Shown piece after piece: positions 13,385-26,500 of a stretch of 64,000 nt of DNA. Made by a program: the position numbers and the translations under genes. Position 1 is the first letter of the stretch; each line of letters starts with the position of its first letter. This DNA comes from Octopus vulgaris. Taxonomy: Eukaryota. The DNA lies in assembly GCA_951406725.2 (NCBI GenBank), contig OX597814.1, positions 174,840,001-174,904,000 of the forward strand, given 5' to 3'. The notes beneath the pieces are model-generated. The model was not told the origin of the DNA, did no database searches, and saw only the letters and a list, made by a program, of their open reading frames with translations.

Positions 13385-15182
13385 CTTCTATTTATTTTAC
13401 TTTTTATTCTTTTAATATATGTGCACAAAGAATTTCTAAATTTTCATGTTGTTGCAGTCAATAATTATTTGCAATTAGTTATATTAATTATACATCATGA
13501 ATTACAATTAGGATTGAAAGAGACTCCAATAAGTTTTATTTTTTATTTTTCCTATTTTTTTTCACAATCAATTCTACACAAACTTCTACTTTTTTTGTTT
13601 GTCTTTTTCCCCCCCTTGTAATTTTCCCTCATCCATAGTAGAAAGGATTGTTGTTATTATTTTTAGTAGTAGTAGTATTATTATTGAGTGAAAGAGCGGC
13701 ACATGCCATCAAAGAGACACTGGGGTAAAATATACGAAGCCCGTTATAGTCATTGTGATACCCATCTGATAAGGGCACACCAGGCACTATTATTATTATT
13801 AATATTTTTATTATTTGTTCATGTACAGAACATACTGCTCTGTCCAGAAATTAAAATCACAACTACATACCTTAAGTGCACTGTAACATTAAGTTTCATC
13901 TTTCACTATTCCAAGATGAAATTTCACCAAATTGAACTTTTTGCCAGAGTGCATGAAATAAGTGTGGCCAATATTCAACACCAGGTTCTGTACTCTAATT
14001 TATGAGATCATTATTATGACATCTCTTGTTGACAATTGGTGATCTTCAGATCAATTTACAGTGGCAGTGGTAGTACCAGCTCTTCATGCTCTTTTGTTGC
14101 TTATTTTGATAACTTTTGCTTGGAAAATGGGTCCACACCTGGACTACTGATTGAGCATAAATATTTCTCATGAAGATTTTGATTATTATACTTGGCTTGT
14201 CACAAAATGGCTTGTTTTGAAAGCTTGACATAAAGAATGAAAGAAAGGTAGAGTAGAATAAATGTCTCATAGCATTCTATTCCAGTAATTTACATTCTGA
14301 ATTGAAAACTTTATCAACTTTTCCATTCCTTCTTCGAGGAAATGATGAAATGAGTATCAGGTGTGTTCTAGGATTGATTCAATTGATTATACTTCTTTGC
14401 TGTAAATTTCTAACTTTATGCCAAAATATGAATTTTTTTTTTCATAAGACATTCAAAGATAAATTCAAATTACACATCTTACCAATTGAGCTTCATCAAA
14501 TTCTTTGATATGTTAATTACTAAAAGCAACAGAGGTTACTATGATCATGAAATACTAGAATTGGTTTAGAATGTTACTGATCAGATTTTACCCCTCATTG
14601 TACAATAGTCAGTAAGGTAGGTACCAGTAATTTATTAGTGCTTATTCAGTCAAATATACCTCTTCTGAGAAAAGTAACCATACCAGTTATGCACAGTGGT
14701 CATTGGTATTCACTAACACTTTCCTTTCAAAATTTAGACCTTAAGCCTAAATAAGAAACCATTTTTTCTGCTTAATAATTATACTGATATCTACTTTTTA
14801 GTTGTTTTATTTTTTTATTTTTTTATTCTTTTTTGTTTTCCACTCTGCCCCTATCTAGTTACATATCAATCTATAGCTAACAAGCTATCCATCTATCACC
14901 AGCTGTTAAGCATCCAATCTATCTTAATTTTATTCTACATTTACAATTTCTTTTGATTTTTTTAAAAACTAATTTTAATATCTAAACATCATCATACAGC
15001 GGTGGTACCCCAGCATGGCCGCGGCCTTCGGGCTAAAACATTTTTAAGGATTTATACAGAAATTAGTTTTTCACACACACACATACACAAGCACACACTG
15101 AAAAGATTAATTTTTACTAATTCATTCTTTAAAATCCATCATAAACAAAACCTTTGTTACTTGTCTTTCTTTAACCTTTGAC

Positions 15183-15230
<48 letters not shown>

Positions 15231-16030
15231 GGGTTTTTTATCATCTATTTGTTATAGTATTTTAATAATGTATAGTTATAGAAAAACCCTGATATTTTAC
15301 ACAAACTGGGTAAGTGGTTTGGTTGCTGTTTTAGGCTCAGCGAGCAGCTACTAAATTCCACCACTGACATGTTGTGTCACATAGCCAACAGTTGCTGCAT
15401 TGGGGGGACAACGGCAACTGTTGCAAGCCTAGCAAGCTGTGGCATTACTGGTGATGGAGGAGGTGGGAATGGAATTACTACTACTGCTACTACTACTACT
15501 GTTGCTGCAGCTGCTGGTGATGGTGATCAGAAAGTTTCGGGACCAAAGTTCTACAGCAAAGAAGCTCCAGGAACCAAAAGCAAGGATCTGGCGAGCATGA
15601 GGTGGGAAACAACCGCCACTCTCTAGCAATTTTAACAAATTTTTAAAAATCCAAAAAGCCTGCTCGCTTTCTAGGGAACATGACTGCCATCTGAAAGGCT
15701 GATATGGCCATTAGTTCTGCATAAGTTTTTCCATGTTCATTTTACATTCTTCTATCGAGCAGTGTTTGTTTGGTCTCTGTTTTGTCTGGTGATCAGAAGT
15801 ATTTAACAAACATGCTTTAATACTTAGTAGGTTAAAAATTAAAATATTTTCATATCCATAGCAATAAAAGTGCATATGTGAGAGAGAAACTGTGTATGTG
15901 TGTGTGCATGTGTATACATGCATGTGTGAGGGAAGGTTTTATGCATTGACTGTCTATATAGTGAAGTGATAAATTCTCAGCAAACAGTCTCCAATGCAGT
16001 TTTTATTCACGGTTGGGTTTTTTGTCTTAG

Positions 16031-16115
16031 GTACACAAAAGTCTCCAGAAGAGGCAAGATTATTACATCTCACTTACCATCTCTCTGGCTAAAATCTTAT
16101 AAGTATCTATTCTGA
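16031..16115 (+). CDS. Candidate alternative terminal exon (phase 2: YTKVSRRGKIITSHLPSLWLKSYKYLF*)
   Basis: ttttttgtcttag acceptor; open to TGA at 16113-16115 in the phase left by exon 9296-9430; TGCATG motifs at ~15905 and ~15918. Confidence 0.45.
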
Positions 16116-17820
16116 AGCAATGAAGTAATTCTCATTGTGATCAGAGCCTGTCCTGTACCAAAGAGATAGTGCTAAATTGGATGTGATGAAAGCATTACTG
16201 TATAGATTGAATTGATATAGTTTTGGTGGGGTTTGTTTATTTTTATCTACTGGATTGAAATAATACAACACAAGCATGTGGTTAGGATACCAAGGAAAGT
16301 GGGACCATTTTTTTTTTCAGTACAAGGTGCAAATGATAAATTATAAGTGGTTTTAGAAAATTAATTGAAAAATAAAATTATTGAAAATCCTTTCTTTCTT
16401 CTGTTGCCCTAGTTAGTACTAAATAAATGAAATTTAAAACAACTTAAATTTAATGCAGTGGAACCTGAGTTCTTATTCTATTATTTCCCATTCAGCAGTG
16501 ATTATGCCTTAATGTTTTGTCAGTTAAACCATGGGAATATTGATAGGTACCAGTGTTGGGTTGTGCACATGGCGCCAGTTGGCCTTAATTTGACTCTGGT
16601 CATGCACATCCTTCCTTATATTTTAGGACACAGAGTATCTAGCCAGGGCCTGTAAGAAGGAGATTCAGGTTGTACTTCAATCTTGGGCTCAAAAGGTTGA
16701 ATAGGAACTTATGACTATGTCTTGAGTCCTTCTCTAATGGAAAAAATCAAACCTAACAACACGCTTGAAATTTGAGAAGACTACTCTTCCTTAGGTTTGA
16801 GACCAATCTTGTTCCACCTTACCAAATTTCTCTTGGTGGTCCTGTCCATAACTGTATTATCAGTATAATTTGAGAACTATTTGGTTATTTTCTCTAGTAG
16901 ACTGCGTGAAGCCTCTTCTAGAGGCTTCTTCATTGATTTTCCATAATTATTATGAGTGGAAAAATTTTGAAATTGATATTCTAGTTGTCTGAAATTTACT
17001 GCTTAAAATAACACATCATATGTATACGTATATGGGTAACAGTTATAACTTTCATGGTTAAAATTAACTTTTAATAGACTGTCTTTCTATCCAGTAAAGA
17101 TATTTATTTCTCATCTGCTTAACTCTAAGGAAAGCCAAATCACGCATCATTTCAGTGGTTTGAAACACACACACAAAAAAAAACATTTAAGATATTCTGC
17201 ACTGTAGCTTATGACTTTCACAGAATTTCCTAGTAGAAATGGCATTAGATTAGCAGCTTGTGGTTTATGATTTCAAACTCACTATACAGTTACTTAAATC
17301 CATTATCTCAAGATACACTGAACTGCTGGTAATAATTATATAAAACCTGAGTAAAGTTGCTAGAGATATGTTGTTATTCAATTTGCAGAGGTGAGGAGAT
17401 TTGTCTCTTACCTCTTAAAAACTGTTACACAAACTGGAAATAGTGGTTTAATTGATATTGGAGATTCAAGAGAGTATTATCATTTCACTTCATTCCTAAT
17501 CAAGATCCCTAACTCTTGTAATTCAACCTGGAACTGCACTGCTATTAGAAGCTCTTCAGAAAGGCTTCTTAGCTTTCCAAGTACCATTCTGAACTTTGAA
17601 GTTCTCTCTCTCTCACCCTTTCTCTATTTCTCTCTCTCTCTCTCCCTCTCTCTCTTTGTTCCTCTCTCTCTCTCTCTCTCATATATTAATTGGAACAAAA
17701 ATTACAGAACTGGCTCTAGGGCAGAGTTTTGTGCTATGCACAAAGCTCTCAGCTCCTGAATCATTTTTATTGTCTACTCATTAATAAATAAATATATATG
17801 CATTCATACACTCTCAAAAC

Positions 17821-17883
<63 letters not shown>

Positions 17884-17890
17884 GCATAAG

Positions 17891-17930
<40 letters not shown>
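17821..17930. repeat. (CA)n / (TG)n / (TA)n compound microsatellite
   Basis: Seen directly in the sequence. Confidence 0.95.
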
Positions 17931-17933
<3 letters not shown>

Positions 17934-17945
17934 GTCGCCATATTT

Positions 17946-18056
17946 CCATCCATAACAGCTACCTCTGAAGATCGCAGAGTTACATAATTGGACTGTTACC
18001 TAACATTCTGTTAAACCTCTAGTGCAAAACCAATTGATAAGATTGGTTATGATGGA
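17946..18056 (+). ncRNA. Decayed hammerhead-ribozyme-like motif
   Basis: CTGAAGA at 17965-71; stem II gcagag/ctctagtgc; CAAAAC in place of CGAAAC; near-palindromic stem III ACCAATTGAT; outer pairing cataac/gttatg. Confidence 0.4.
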
Positions 18057-18163
18057 TATATAATACTGTATATTTCAATTTATATATATATAAATATATA
18101 TACACACACATACTTGTATACATATATATATACACACACACATATATACATATATATGCATAT

Positions 18164-18202
<39 letters not shown>

Positions 18203-18722
18203 TATATACACATACACTCATGCATACACTTACTGGTTGTAGAATTTTAGCAAATTGTTCACTCCTTTACACCTTTTTGAATTCAATATATTTATGGTGA
18301 TCCTTTTGTTTCTATACTCCAAATTGTGACATCTTTGGTATATCATAGTCTCACTATTGATTGGGTGGTGAATGGATTATATACATTCAACCCCATTCAT
18401 GGTGTAGCCACTTTTATTCTTCTATCTACAAAATAAAAAATTTTCAATACAAAAATAGATAAATATTCTTTGATTAACTTGTAACAAAATATAAAACACA
18501 TTTTTTGTTTCTTTTTCATTTGGGGTCATTTTTAGGGGATAGGGCTGGCTTAAATTATTGCTTATATTTTTTTTACTAAAAAGAAAAAATACAAATGTTA
18601 AAATTCTCACAATCTATGACCCATAACACCAGACATAACTCGATCATTGAACACTGTTCGAATGTGTACTTTTTGCTACTGGCTGCAGTTTTCTGTGATT
18701 AAATCCATTTTTATGCTTTTAG

Positions 18723-18737
18723 GAAACTGTGTTGTTT
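18723..18737 (+). CDS. Candidate 15-nt microexon (phase 2/2: R-KLCC-L); read-through gives RKLCCL*
   Basis: ccatttttatgcttttag acceptor with TGC; consensus gtgagt donor; frame-preserving in phase 2. Confidence 0.5.
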
Positions 18738-19685
18738 GTGAGTGTAGTTTTTTTTTTTTTTTCTCCATTGCCGTTATGAATATGTGAAGTAAACAACTCA
18801 ATGTAATAAATGCTTCTTTTCATAATGTTTGCTATTTCTGATATTTTGCAAACTCATTTGATATTCCTAACATTTTCGTACTTAATTTTAAACATCATTT
18901 ATTGGTCTAAAACTTAAAAACTGTTTCTCTCTTGATTAAATTTTTACATGTTGTATCATGGGAGGGTCGTTTTCTCTATAAGAAACACACTGACAACATC
19001 TGCTTCAGCATATGATTTTACATTAGGAATCTTGCAAAACGAACACAAAAACAAAATTAACTTTATATATGTATATTTACTTTAAATCACTTGAAATATG
19101 TTTTTACTACCCTGATTGAAGAGACCTGCTCAAAGGCATTTCAGCCATAACCATCCAGTTTTTTGTTGTTTTTTTCAGATTACATAGGACTACAATATAA
19201 AATATATCTTTCCCCCCATTCAGTATGATAGGGTGTGTTTGAGTGACTTTGTTGGGTTTTTTCTAGCCAGTTGAATGATCACGTGATAGTTCTGGTATTG
19301 GTTTGTGGCCTCTAAACTTTGTTTTGAATTCAAATCCTGGCAAAGTCTCAACTTAGCCTTTCATCCATCTGGGGCTGATAAAGTACCAATCGAGTACTGG
19401 AATCTATTTTTGACTCATCCCTCACTCTGACAATTGCTATCATTATATCTCAATTAGAAACTATTATCATTATTATTATTATTAGTAGTAGTGAATGTAG
19501 CAGTAGCAGCAAGCTAGCAGAATCATTAGAATGTTGGAAAAATGCTTTGCAGTATTTGATCCAGCTCTTTACATTCAGAATTCAAATCCCACTACAGCCA
19601 ATAAAGTGCCAGTCAAGTACTGGCAATGATGTCATCAACTAAGCCCTTCCCAAAAAGTTACTGGCCTTTTGCGAATATGTGAAGC

Positions 19686-19733
<48 letters not shown>

Positions 19734-19759
19734 CATTATTATTATCATTATTATTATTA

Positions 19760-19837
<78 letters not shown>

Positions 19838-19880
19838 ATAGTAGTAGTAGTAGCAGCAGCAGCAGCAGCAGTAGTAGTAG
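19686..19880. repeat. Compound trinucleotide microsatellite (ATT)n/(ATC)/(AGT)n/(AGC)n at a SINE 3' end
   Basis: Seen directly; accounts for the poly-I, L, N and S ORFs. Confidence 0.97.
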
Positions 19881-19974
19881 TTAGTGTTGCATCACTGAAA
19901 ACTAGGTCTGGATTCACTAACATAACATTCCTAGCAATAAAATCTACAAATTCTGTCCAAGTGTTGATTTCATT

Positions 19975-20200
19975 ATCATCATCATCTTCTTAACATCCAC
20001 TTTTCCACGCTTGCATGGGTTGGATGAAATTTGTTGTAGCAGATTTTCTGCAACTGAATGCCCTTTGTGTCACTGACCCTCTCCTGTTTTCAAAACAAGG
20101 TAATATTTCCCCATGGCCAGACATGCTTCTGCAGAATATTGGAAATGAATGACACTGCTTGTATGACAATGACACTCATTTACAACTTTCACACAATATC
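19975..20200 (-). mobile_element. (GAT)n-tailed SINE, second family
   Basis: Similar to 62640-62846 (+), 21250-21490 (-) and 48668-48890 (-). Confidence 0.7.
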
Positions 20201-20302
20201 AAGACAAGGAGACACAAGCATATACACTCACATGTCAAGACAAGGAGACACAAGCATATACACTCACATGTCAAGACAAGGAGACACCATATACACTCAC
20301 AT
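20199..20302. repeat. 36-bp tandem repeat, about 3 copies
   Basis: Unit tcaagacaaggagacacaagcatatacactcacatg. Confidence 0.9.
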
Positions 20303-20321
20303 GCATATGGACTGATAAATG

Positions 20322-20800
20322 ACAGATGAGAGTTCTACAATTTCTTGCTGAACAATCTACACAGATGATTTGTATGTAGTCTGGCAGCTGACTTTGCAGA
20401 CACCCATAAAATTATTAACCATCTTACAAACAATAACTCTGAGCACCTTTTCAAACTCCATCTGTCTAACACCTGTGGACATGTTTACAAAGTCAGAAAA
20501 TAGCACAGCTCCCATGACTTTCGGAAACATTTTTTCACGCTTAAGAGTTGCTGAAGTATGGAACAAACTGCTGGCATCAGTTGTTAGTTGTCGGAGCACT
20601 GCATCCTTCAAAACTTCCATGCTTCCTAAGATTCGCCAACACTACACCTGATTTTCTCCTCTCCATACACACACAAGCATGTATCTGACTCATACACTGT
20701 TCACTTTCCAGACATTTGTACATTACTGCATATTCTTTATATGCATTTTCAACAAGTTGTGGTGCACCTGAGCACTGTATACAATAATTTCATTATTATA
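20322..20800 (+). mobile_element. CR1-group LINE 3' fragment
   Basis: Decayed C-terminal motif RKHFF..LRVAEVWNKL.ASVVSCRSTASFK, then a 3' UTR ending in (att)n. Confidence 0.75.
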
Positions 20801-21594
20801 TAGTGATCAAGTGTTTGTGCTGCACGTTTAGCTCACTCCCTCCGTCAAATTGACATTGCCTGTACAAGTGCACCCTGTGCTACACATCAGATGTCAAAGT
20901 AATCACAGAACAACATCTGATGAAGTGTTTTGCTCAAAAATGCAAGCATTACCCATTCCAGAAATTGAACCTGTGATCTTGTGATTATAAGTGCAACACC
21001 CTAACCACTTAGCCACATGCCCTCACATACATACATGTGTGTATGTAGAGAGAGAGAAAGAGAGACAGGATTTCTTCAGTTTCTGTTTACAAACTGTAGT
21101 TATTACTTTGTTGGAAGGAAATAGTTTTATCAATGCAAGAATATGAACATGAAAGGTGTCAACAGTTTCAGCCTACAAAAGCAGGAACAAATCAAAGCTT
21201 TTATGCAGTCACTCAACCTACAATAAATTTCACTTATCACATACTACATCATCATCTTCATTGTTTTAACATCCACTTTTATACATGTTTGTATGAATCA
21301 GATGAAATTTGGTGTGGTAGATTTTCTACAGCCAGAGGCCCTTCTTGTTGCTAATCCTCACCTGTTTCAAAGAAGGTATTATTTCCCTATAGCTGGACAT
21401 GCTTGTGTGGCAAATTACAAATGAAGGACGCTGTCTGTATTACAGTGACATATCTTTATAACTAATGCATGATGTCAAGACAAGAGAGAGTGAGAGAGAG
21501 AGAGACACACACACACACACATGCACACACACACACACACACACATGTACACACACACACACATGTACACACACATACACATATGTGTGTGTGA

Positions 21595-21749
21595 TGGGTT
21601 TCTTTCAGTTTCCATCTACCAAGTTCACTCTCAAGACTTGGTTGGTCTTGTGCTATACTAGTTACTTGCCCAAGGTGCCATACTGTGGGTCTGAACCTCA
21701 ACGCATGGTTGGGAAACAAGCCTCTTAATCAAACAACCATGCCTGCACC
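21595..21749 (-). mobile_element. SINE family A
   Basis: Reverse-complement similarity to the family A head. Confidence 0.75.
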
Positions 21750-21825
21750 TACCACAATATGGGCATTAACTGCTGGTGATATAAATCTAGGCCTGTGATT
21801 TGCTTCTAATGTTATGCCTGAAGCG

Positions 21826-22311
21826 AATTTGAAATTGAAATCGAAATCAAATTTGATGACTAGCATCCGTGCTAGTGGAGCGCTAAGAGAACCATATGAG
21901 TGAGATTGGGGCCAGAACAACAAGCTGGCCTCCAAGCCGATGGCACGTTAAAAACACCATTCAAGCGTGATCGTTACCTGCGTCACCTTACTAGCACTTG
22001 TGCTGGTGGCACATGAAAAAACATTCGAGCGAGGTCATTGCCAGTGCCGCTAGACTGGCTCCTGTGCAAGTGGCACATAAAATGCACCATTTGAGCATGG
22101 CTGTTGTCAGTACCGTCTGACTGGCCCTCGTGCTGGTGGCACGTAAAAGCACCCACTACACTCTCGGAGTGGTTGGTGTTAGGAAGGGATCCAGCTGTAG
22201 AAACTCTGCCAGATCAGATTGGAGTCTGGTGCAGCCATCTGGTTCACCAGGCCTCTGTCAAATCGTCCAACCCATGCTAGCATGGAAAGCGAACGTTAAA
22301 CGATGATGATG
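21826..22311 (+). mobile_element. SINE family B, long copy with internal tandem subunits
   Basis: Repeated ...gtggcac(g/a)t(a/g)aaaa(g)cacc subunits followed by the family B tail and (gat)n. Confidence 0.85.
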
Positions 22312-23405
22312 TATGTAGTGATGGAAAAAATAGAAATCTGTAGGAATAGTATAGTCATTTATGAAGCAATTTAAAATAAAGAAGTATAAAATGCCTTTTC
22401 TTGTTCTTTCTTATCTTGCATGTTACTTGGTAACCCCACTAGTGCTGGTGGCATAAAAATATGCACTCAGTACACACTGTAAAGTGGTTTGCACTATGAA
22501 GGGCATCCAGCCATAGAAACCATGCCAAAGCATGGAGTACAATACAGCCCTATGTCTCACTGATCCTATCAAACCATCCCACCCAAGCCAGTATTGTAAA
22601 CAGCCATGAAATGATGATGATGACAACAACAATTCAGACTTGTAGCTTGTTTCATATTCATTATTCTATGATCTGACATGGTGATATAAAAGTTTATGCT
22701 TGAAGCTGTAGTATTTTGAGATTTTGCATATCTACAAACAAAACATTCCAGATAAAAAATAGGTCAAAAACACAGAATAATATTTCTGGAATTTTATGGA
22801 ATTAATTATTGAGATATTACTATTCTTAGGTAGAAGCAGGAAGCCATTTAAAGTGTTTCCACACACATCTCAATACACACACACTTTTATATATTTACTC
22901 TTTTATACCATTTAAATATTTAACCAAATTAATTTTCTATATTCATGATCTGTTCCCAGATAACACTGCTCCAGTGTATTTTGTGTTATAGCATCTAATT
23001 CCTGAGATTATTTGATGGCTATAATAATGATGATGATTTTAATGTAGGCAATACCATTTACATATATTAGCAACCAAATAAACATTTATTTTCTCTTTGA
23101 GTTGTTTAACTTCAAATAATTTTAATGAAAAATATTTAATCTTGTTTCTCATTTCTCACAATTATTTCTCTTGATATAATGTTTAGAACAAAAACAAAAC
23201 AAATTTTGTCTGTTTAAGCCTGATATTGCTTGAGAGTGAGTGCATTGAGCTATTTAGCTAATATTGTCCTTTCAGTTTGCTGCTAATTTTGTTGACTTCA
23301 GTTGCTTATCAAATTTTTGACGAAATTTTCAGCCAATTACTTGAGCCCTTCAAGTTTGTTCTATAGTCAATTTTTTTTTAAAGGTAGATTTCCATTTTAA
23401 CCTGG

Positions 23406-23444
<39 letters not shown>

Positions 23445-23934
23445 ACCAAAACTCAGAAAGCACTTTAGCTGTAATTAGTAACTAACACTTTATAACATAT
23501 TCTGTGAACCCCATCTAATCTCTTCTCTTTTTGTATTCCTCTTCATAATCCCCTGTCTCACCTCTAAAACTTTTCCCAGTTCTTTTTCCTCAACACCATT
23601 TCGGAATACTTTACCTTTTTTCACTTTACTACATACCTCAACCTATAGAAGTTGAAATAAATTATCAACATTATAAACCCCATCTAATCTATGAAGGCTT
23701 ACAATATTATAGTATCAATAACATTGTAAAAGATTCTCTTTGGGCTATCTAATAAAGAAAGACATCATATTGAGAAATATAGCATATACTTTAGTTACAT
23801 CCAAGTAAATGTTTGTCTTATAGAGAAACTTCTCAATACAAATTTCCTCTCTTTCTAGTCCAGCACAGTGTGGTGACTTCCCACTATTACAATTACTTCC
23901 CAGAAATTTATTTGCATCAACCACTTGCATTTAA

Positions 23935-24154
23935 CCCTTTCATTAGCAACCCAGCTGAAACCACCTCTGGCCCTGAGTACAAATGTCTTGTTTTCATAAG
24001 TTTTGAATTAAAATCTTTTACTAAACCTTAGTCACAATTTATGCTCTTAACACTAGCTGAATGATAACCAAGTTATTTTATTAAATTCTTTGTTATATTT
24101 AAAGTAATTGAAAAAAACACAGAGCATCTCAAAATAAATACAGTAACGAAAGGG
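23935..24154. mobile_element. 220-bp piggyBac-type MITE
   Basis: TTAA TSD on both sides; CCCTTTC(A/G)TTA..TAACGAAAGGG TIRs; second copy at 42073-42292 and partial inverted copy at ~59100-59194. Confidence 0.88.
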
Positions 24155-24381
24155 TTAAAACATCTTACCATTAATTACGTTATTTACGTTTTTTACTGTC
24201 AGACATATTATATCTCACTTCCCAGAATCTTGCAATCAATTCCTTTACTTAATTTTCTGCTTGAGAATTGAATCTGTCTAAATCAATTTTCTAGAAAACC
24301 AAACCCATGCCTCCAATCTGAGAGGAACAACAGAGGCACTTTCTCTTGGAGAAACAATTATAATGATCAATCAATCTAATA

Positions 24382-24551
24382 TCTAGTAAGATAAACAATG
24401 GAATAATATTGCTCTTATATTTGGGATGGTGTTGATGGTACAAACATAAACAAACATCTAAAAGAAGGTTATAGAGACTATATACTATATCTATATTAGC
24501 GAAGGCTCAGTCACCAAGACACAAGTTCTGACCTAGAAATACACTGCTTCC
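24382..24551 (+). repeat. About 170-bp direct repeat, copy 1 (copy 2 at 25371-25536)
   Basis: tctagtaagataaacaatggaataat...caagttctgacctaga...gcttcc present twice. Confidence 0.9.
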
Positions 24552-25692
24552 TTACATCCATTAGTTAACAACCAAAAATGTTATCCATCTCTCAGAGTTG
24601 GTCTAGTTACTTAATGCCAGGTCTATTCTCTCATTACTATTTTTTCCCATAATTTAAAGTACATCAAGCCAATCTTGCTTGACCTACTGGAAAAAAGACA
24701 AATCTCATTTAAATGGCTGTTAAAAAAGGAATGACATGTGGATGTGGATAGTGTAATTCTTGATATATTATGGCTGGGAAAAAAAGGGGCAGGATGGTCA
24801 CAACTAGAATGCCTTTGATAATAGGTCTGATTCAATCAGGGTTGACCTGGGACTAAATAACAAGAAATTACAATATTTTTTTCCATTCTCACATTTATCT
24901 GTGAAGTTATCTCTCTTTCATGTATTAGATTATATTTGATAAAACTGAAAAGAAAAATATTTGTATTGTATGAAAAGACATTTTCAATAGTAAATGCAAG
25001 CAAATGTGACTTATTTGTATCTTATATGTTTTACCAGTTTCATTATAATCTGATCCTTGTTTATAATGATGAAGTTTAGATTTCTCCTTGTCAATATGTT
25101 ATCGTTAAATCAAATATTAATTACAACATACTAAAGAGCATGATTACTTTACTCATTGATAGTTAAGAAAGAAATGATTACTCAAAAATAGACTCATTAA
25201 CTGTCAGATGTACTGTTATAAATTTCTTATGCCAGTGAACAAGCTACTCAACTCCAATGATGAGTTTTCCAGACAATATACTATAATGAAAACAAAAAAT
25301 TACATCTCAAAGATTTGTCTTTTTTTGTTCAAGGCCAGAAAATGCTTCAGCTACAGACTTTCTATAAATCTCTAGTAAGATAAACAATGGAATAATATCT
25401 CTCTTATATTTGGGATGGTGTTGATGGTACAAACATACACATCTAAAAGAAGAGTATAGAGACTATATACTATATCTATATTAGTGAAGGCTCAGTCACC
25501 AAGACACAAGTTCTGACCTAGAGACACACAGCTTCCCTACTCTGCCTACTCTCTTATTACCCAAATAACCTCTGCTCTTCTAAAAGTAACAATTGTATAC
25601 CACTTCCACTTAGGTTCCTCCTGACACACTAGTCTCTCCTACTCTTGAGACTCATGCTGTTTTTCATACTTAAGCCCTGCTTTCTCCTACCC

Positions 25693-26500
25693 GGATCTAT
25701 TCAGCTTGGCTGCCAGCATCAATTCTGTTTGAATTGATTTCATATTCAGTGTAATGATACACTTTTATAGGCTAATGAATGATATGAAAATCATTTTTGC
25801 TATAAATCAATAAATAAAGAGTTGTTAGCAATTAAAGTTTGAAAATTTTGGGTAATTTTAGCCACTCGTAAGCCGTAGACACATTCATTTCTGTTTCCAT
25901 AGTAACAAGTGGAACATGAGAACTCTTTTGTCTGTGAGAAAGCTCGTGTTGGCAAATATATTGAAACCACTTGTTCTACTTGTCTATTGACAATTGAGCA
26001 TGTAAATTTATAAACTGGTCAACAAATGTTTGTTTTTAGATAAATCTTTTAAGTTCATGTTATCGCATTAAATGCATACTGAATGCTTAAAACTACAAAA
26101 TATTTGTTGTTTACTCATTACTTTTTGTCATAGAGGTCGTTGTGAGGTGTGCTAAAAATAACAACTGAATTACATTTTGGGATGAATCTTTTAAGTTCGT
26201 GCTATTACGATGCTCTTAAAACTACAAAAGACGTGTTTACTCTTTCTCAACAACTTATGCTATTTTCAGGATGTTGACAAAATGTGCAGTCATGCACAAA
26301 ATGACACCTTCCAAATCTTGTTTCCTGACTGGGTGAAAATGATCAAACTTTAAACCTCTATAACTTTTTTAAAACATTTTTCTGGAAAAAATGAAATAAC
26401 TCCAGCAATTCAGCTTGGAAAAGTATATCAATGTGCCAAATTTTAAAATTTATGATAAACTTTAATTTTTGAAATGCTGGCAACCAAACCATATAGATCC
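25693..26500. mobile_element. Non-autonomous TIR DNA transposon (about 810 bp)
   Basis: Imperfect TIRs ggatctat..ttggctgccagca / tgctggcaaccaa..atagatcc; internal duplicated unit at ~26043-26116 and ~26186-26241. Confidence 0.5.

Noticed and set aside
15369-15638. Overlapping Gly/Thr/Ala-rich and Ser-rich ORFs
   Set aside because: Built on degenerate trinucleotide repeats; no convincing splice sites or recognisable homology.
15763-15798. Possible 36-nt phase-2 exon (VCLVSVLSGDQ)
   Set aside because: Weak gtattt donor; cannot be distinguished from chance.
19639-19993. Poly-N/T, poly-I/S and poly-L/V ORFs
   Set aside because: Translations of a microsatellite.
20199-20302. 36-bp repeats of CRISPR-like length
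   Set aside because: Head-to-tail with no spacers, eukaryotic context and no cas genes.
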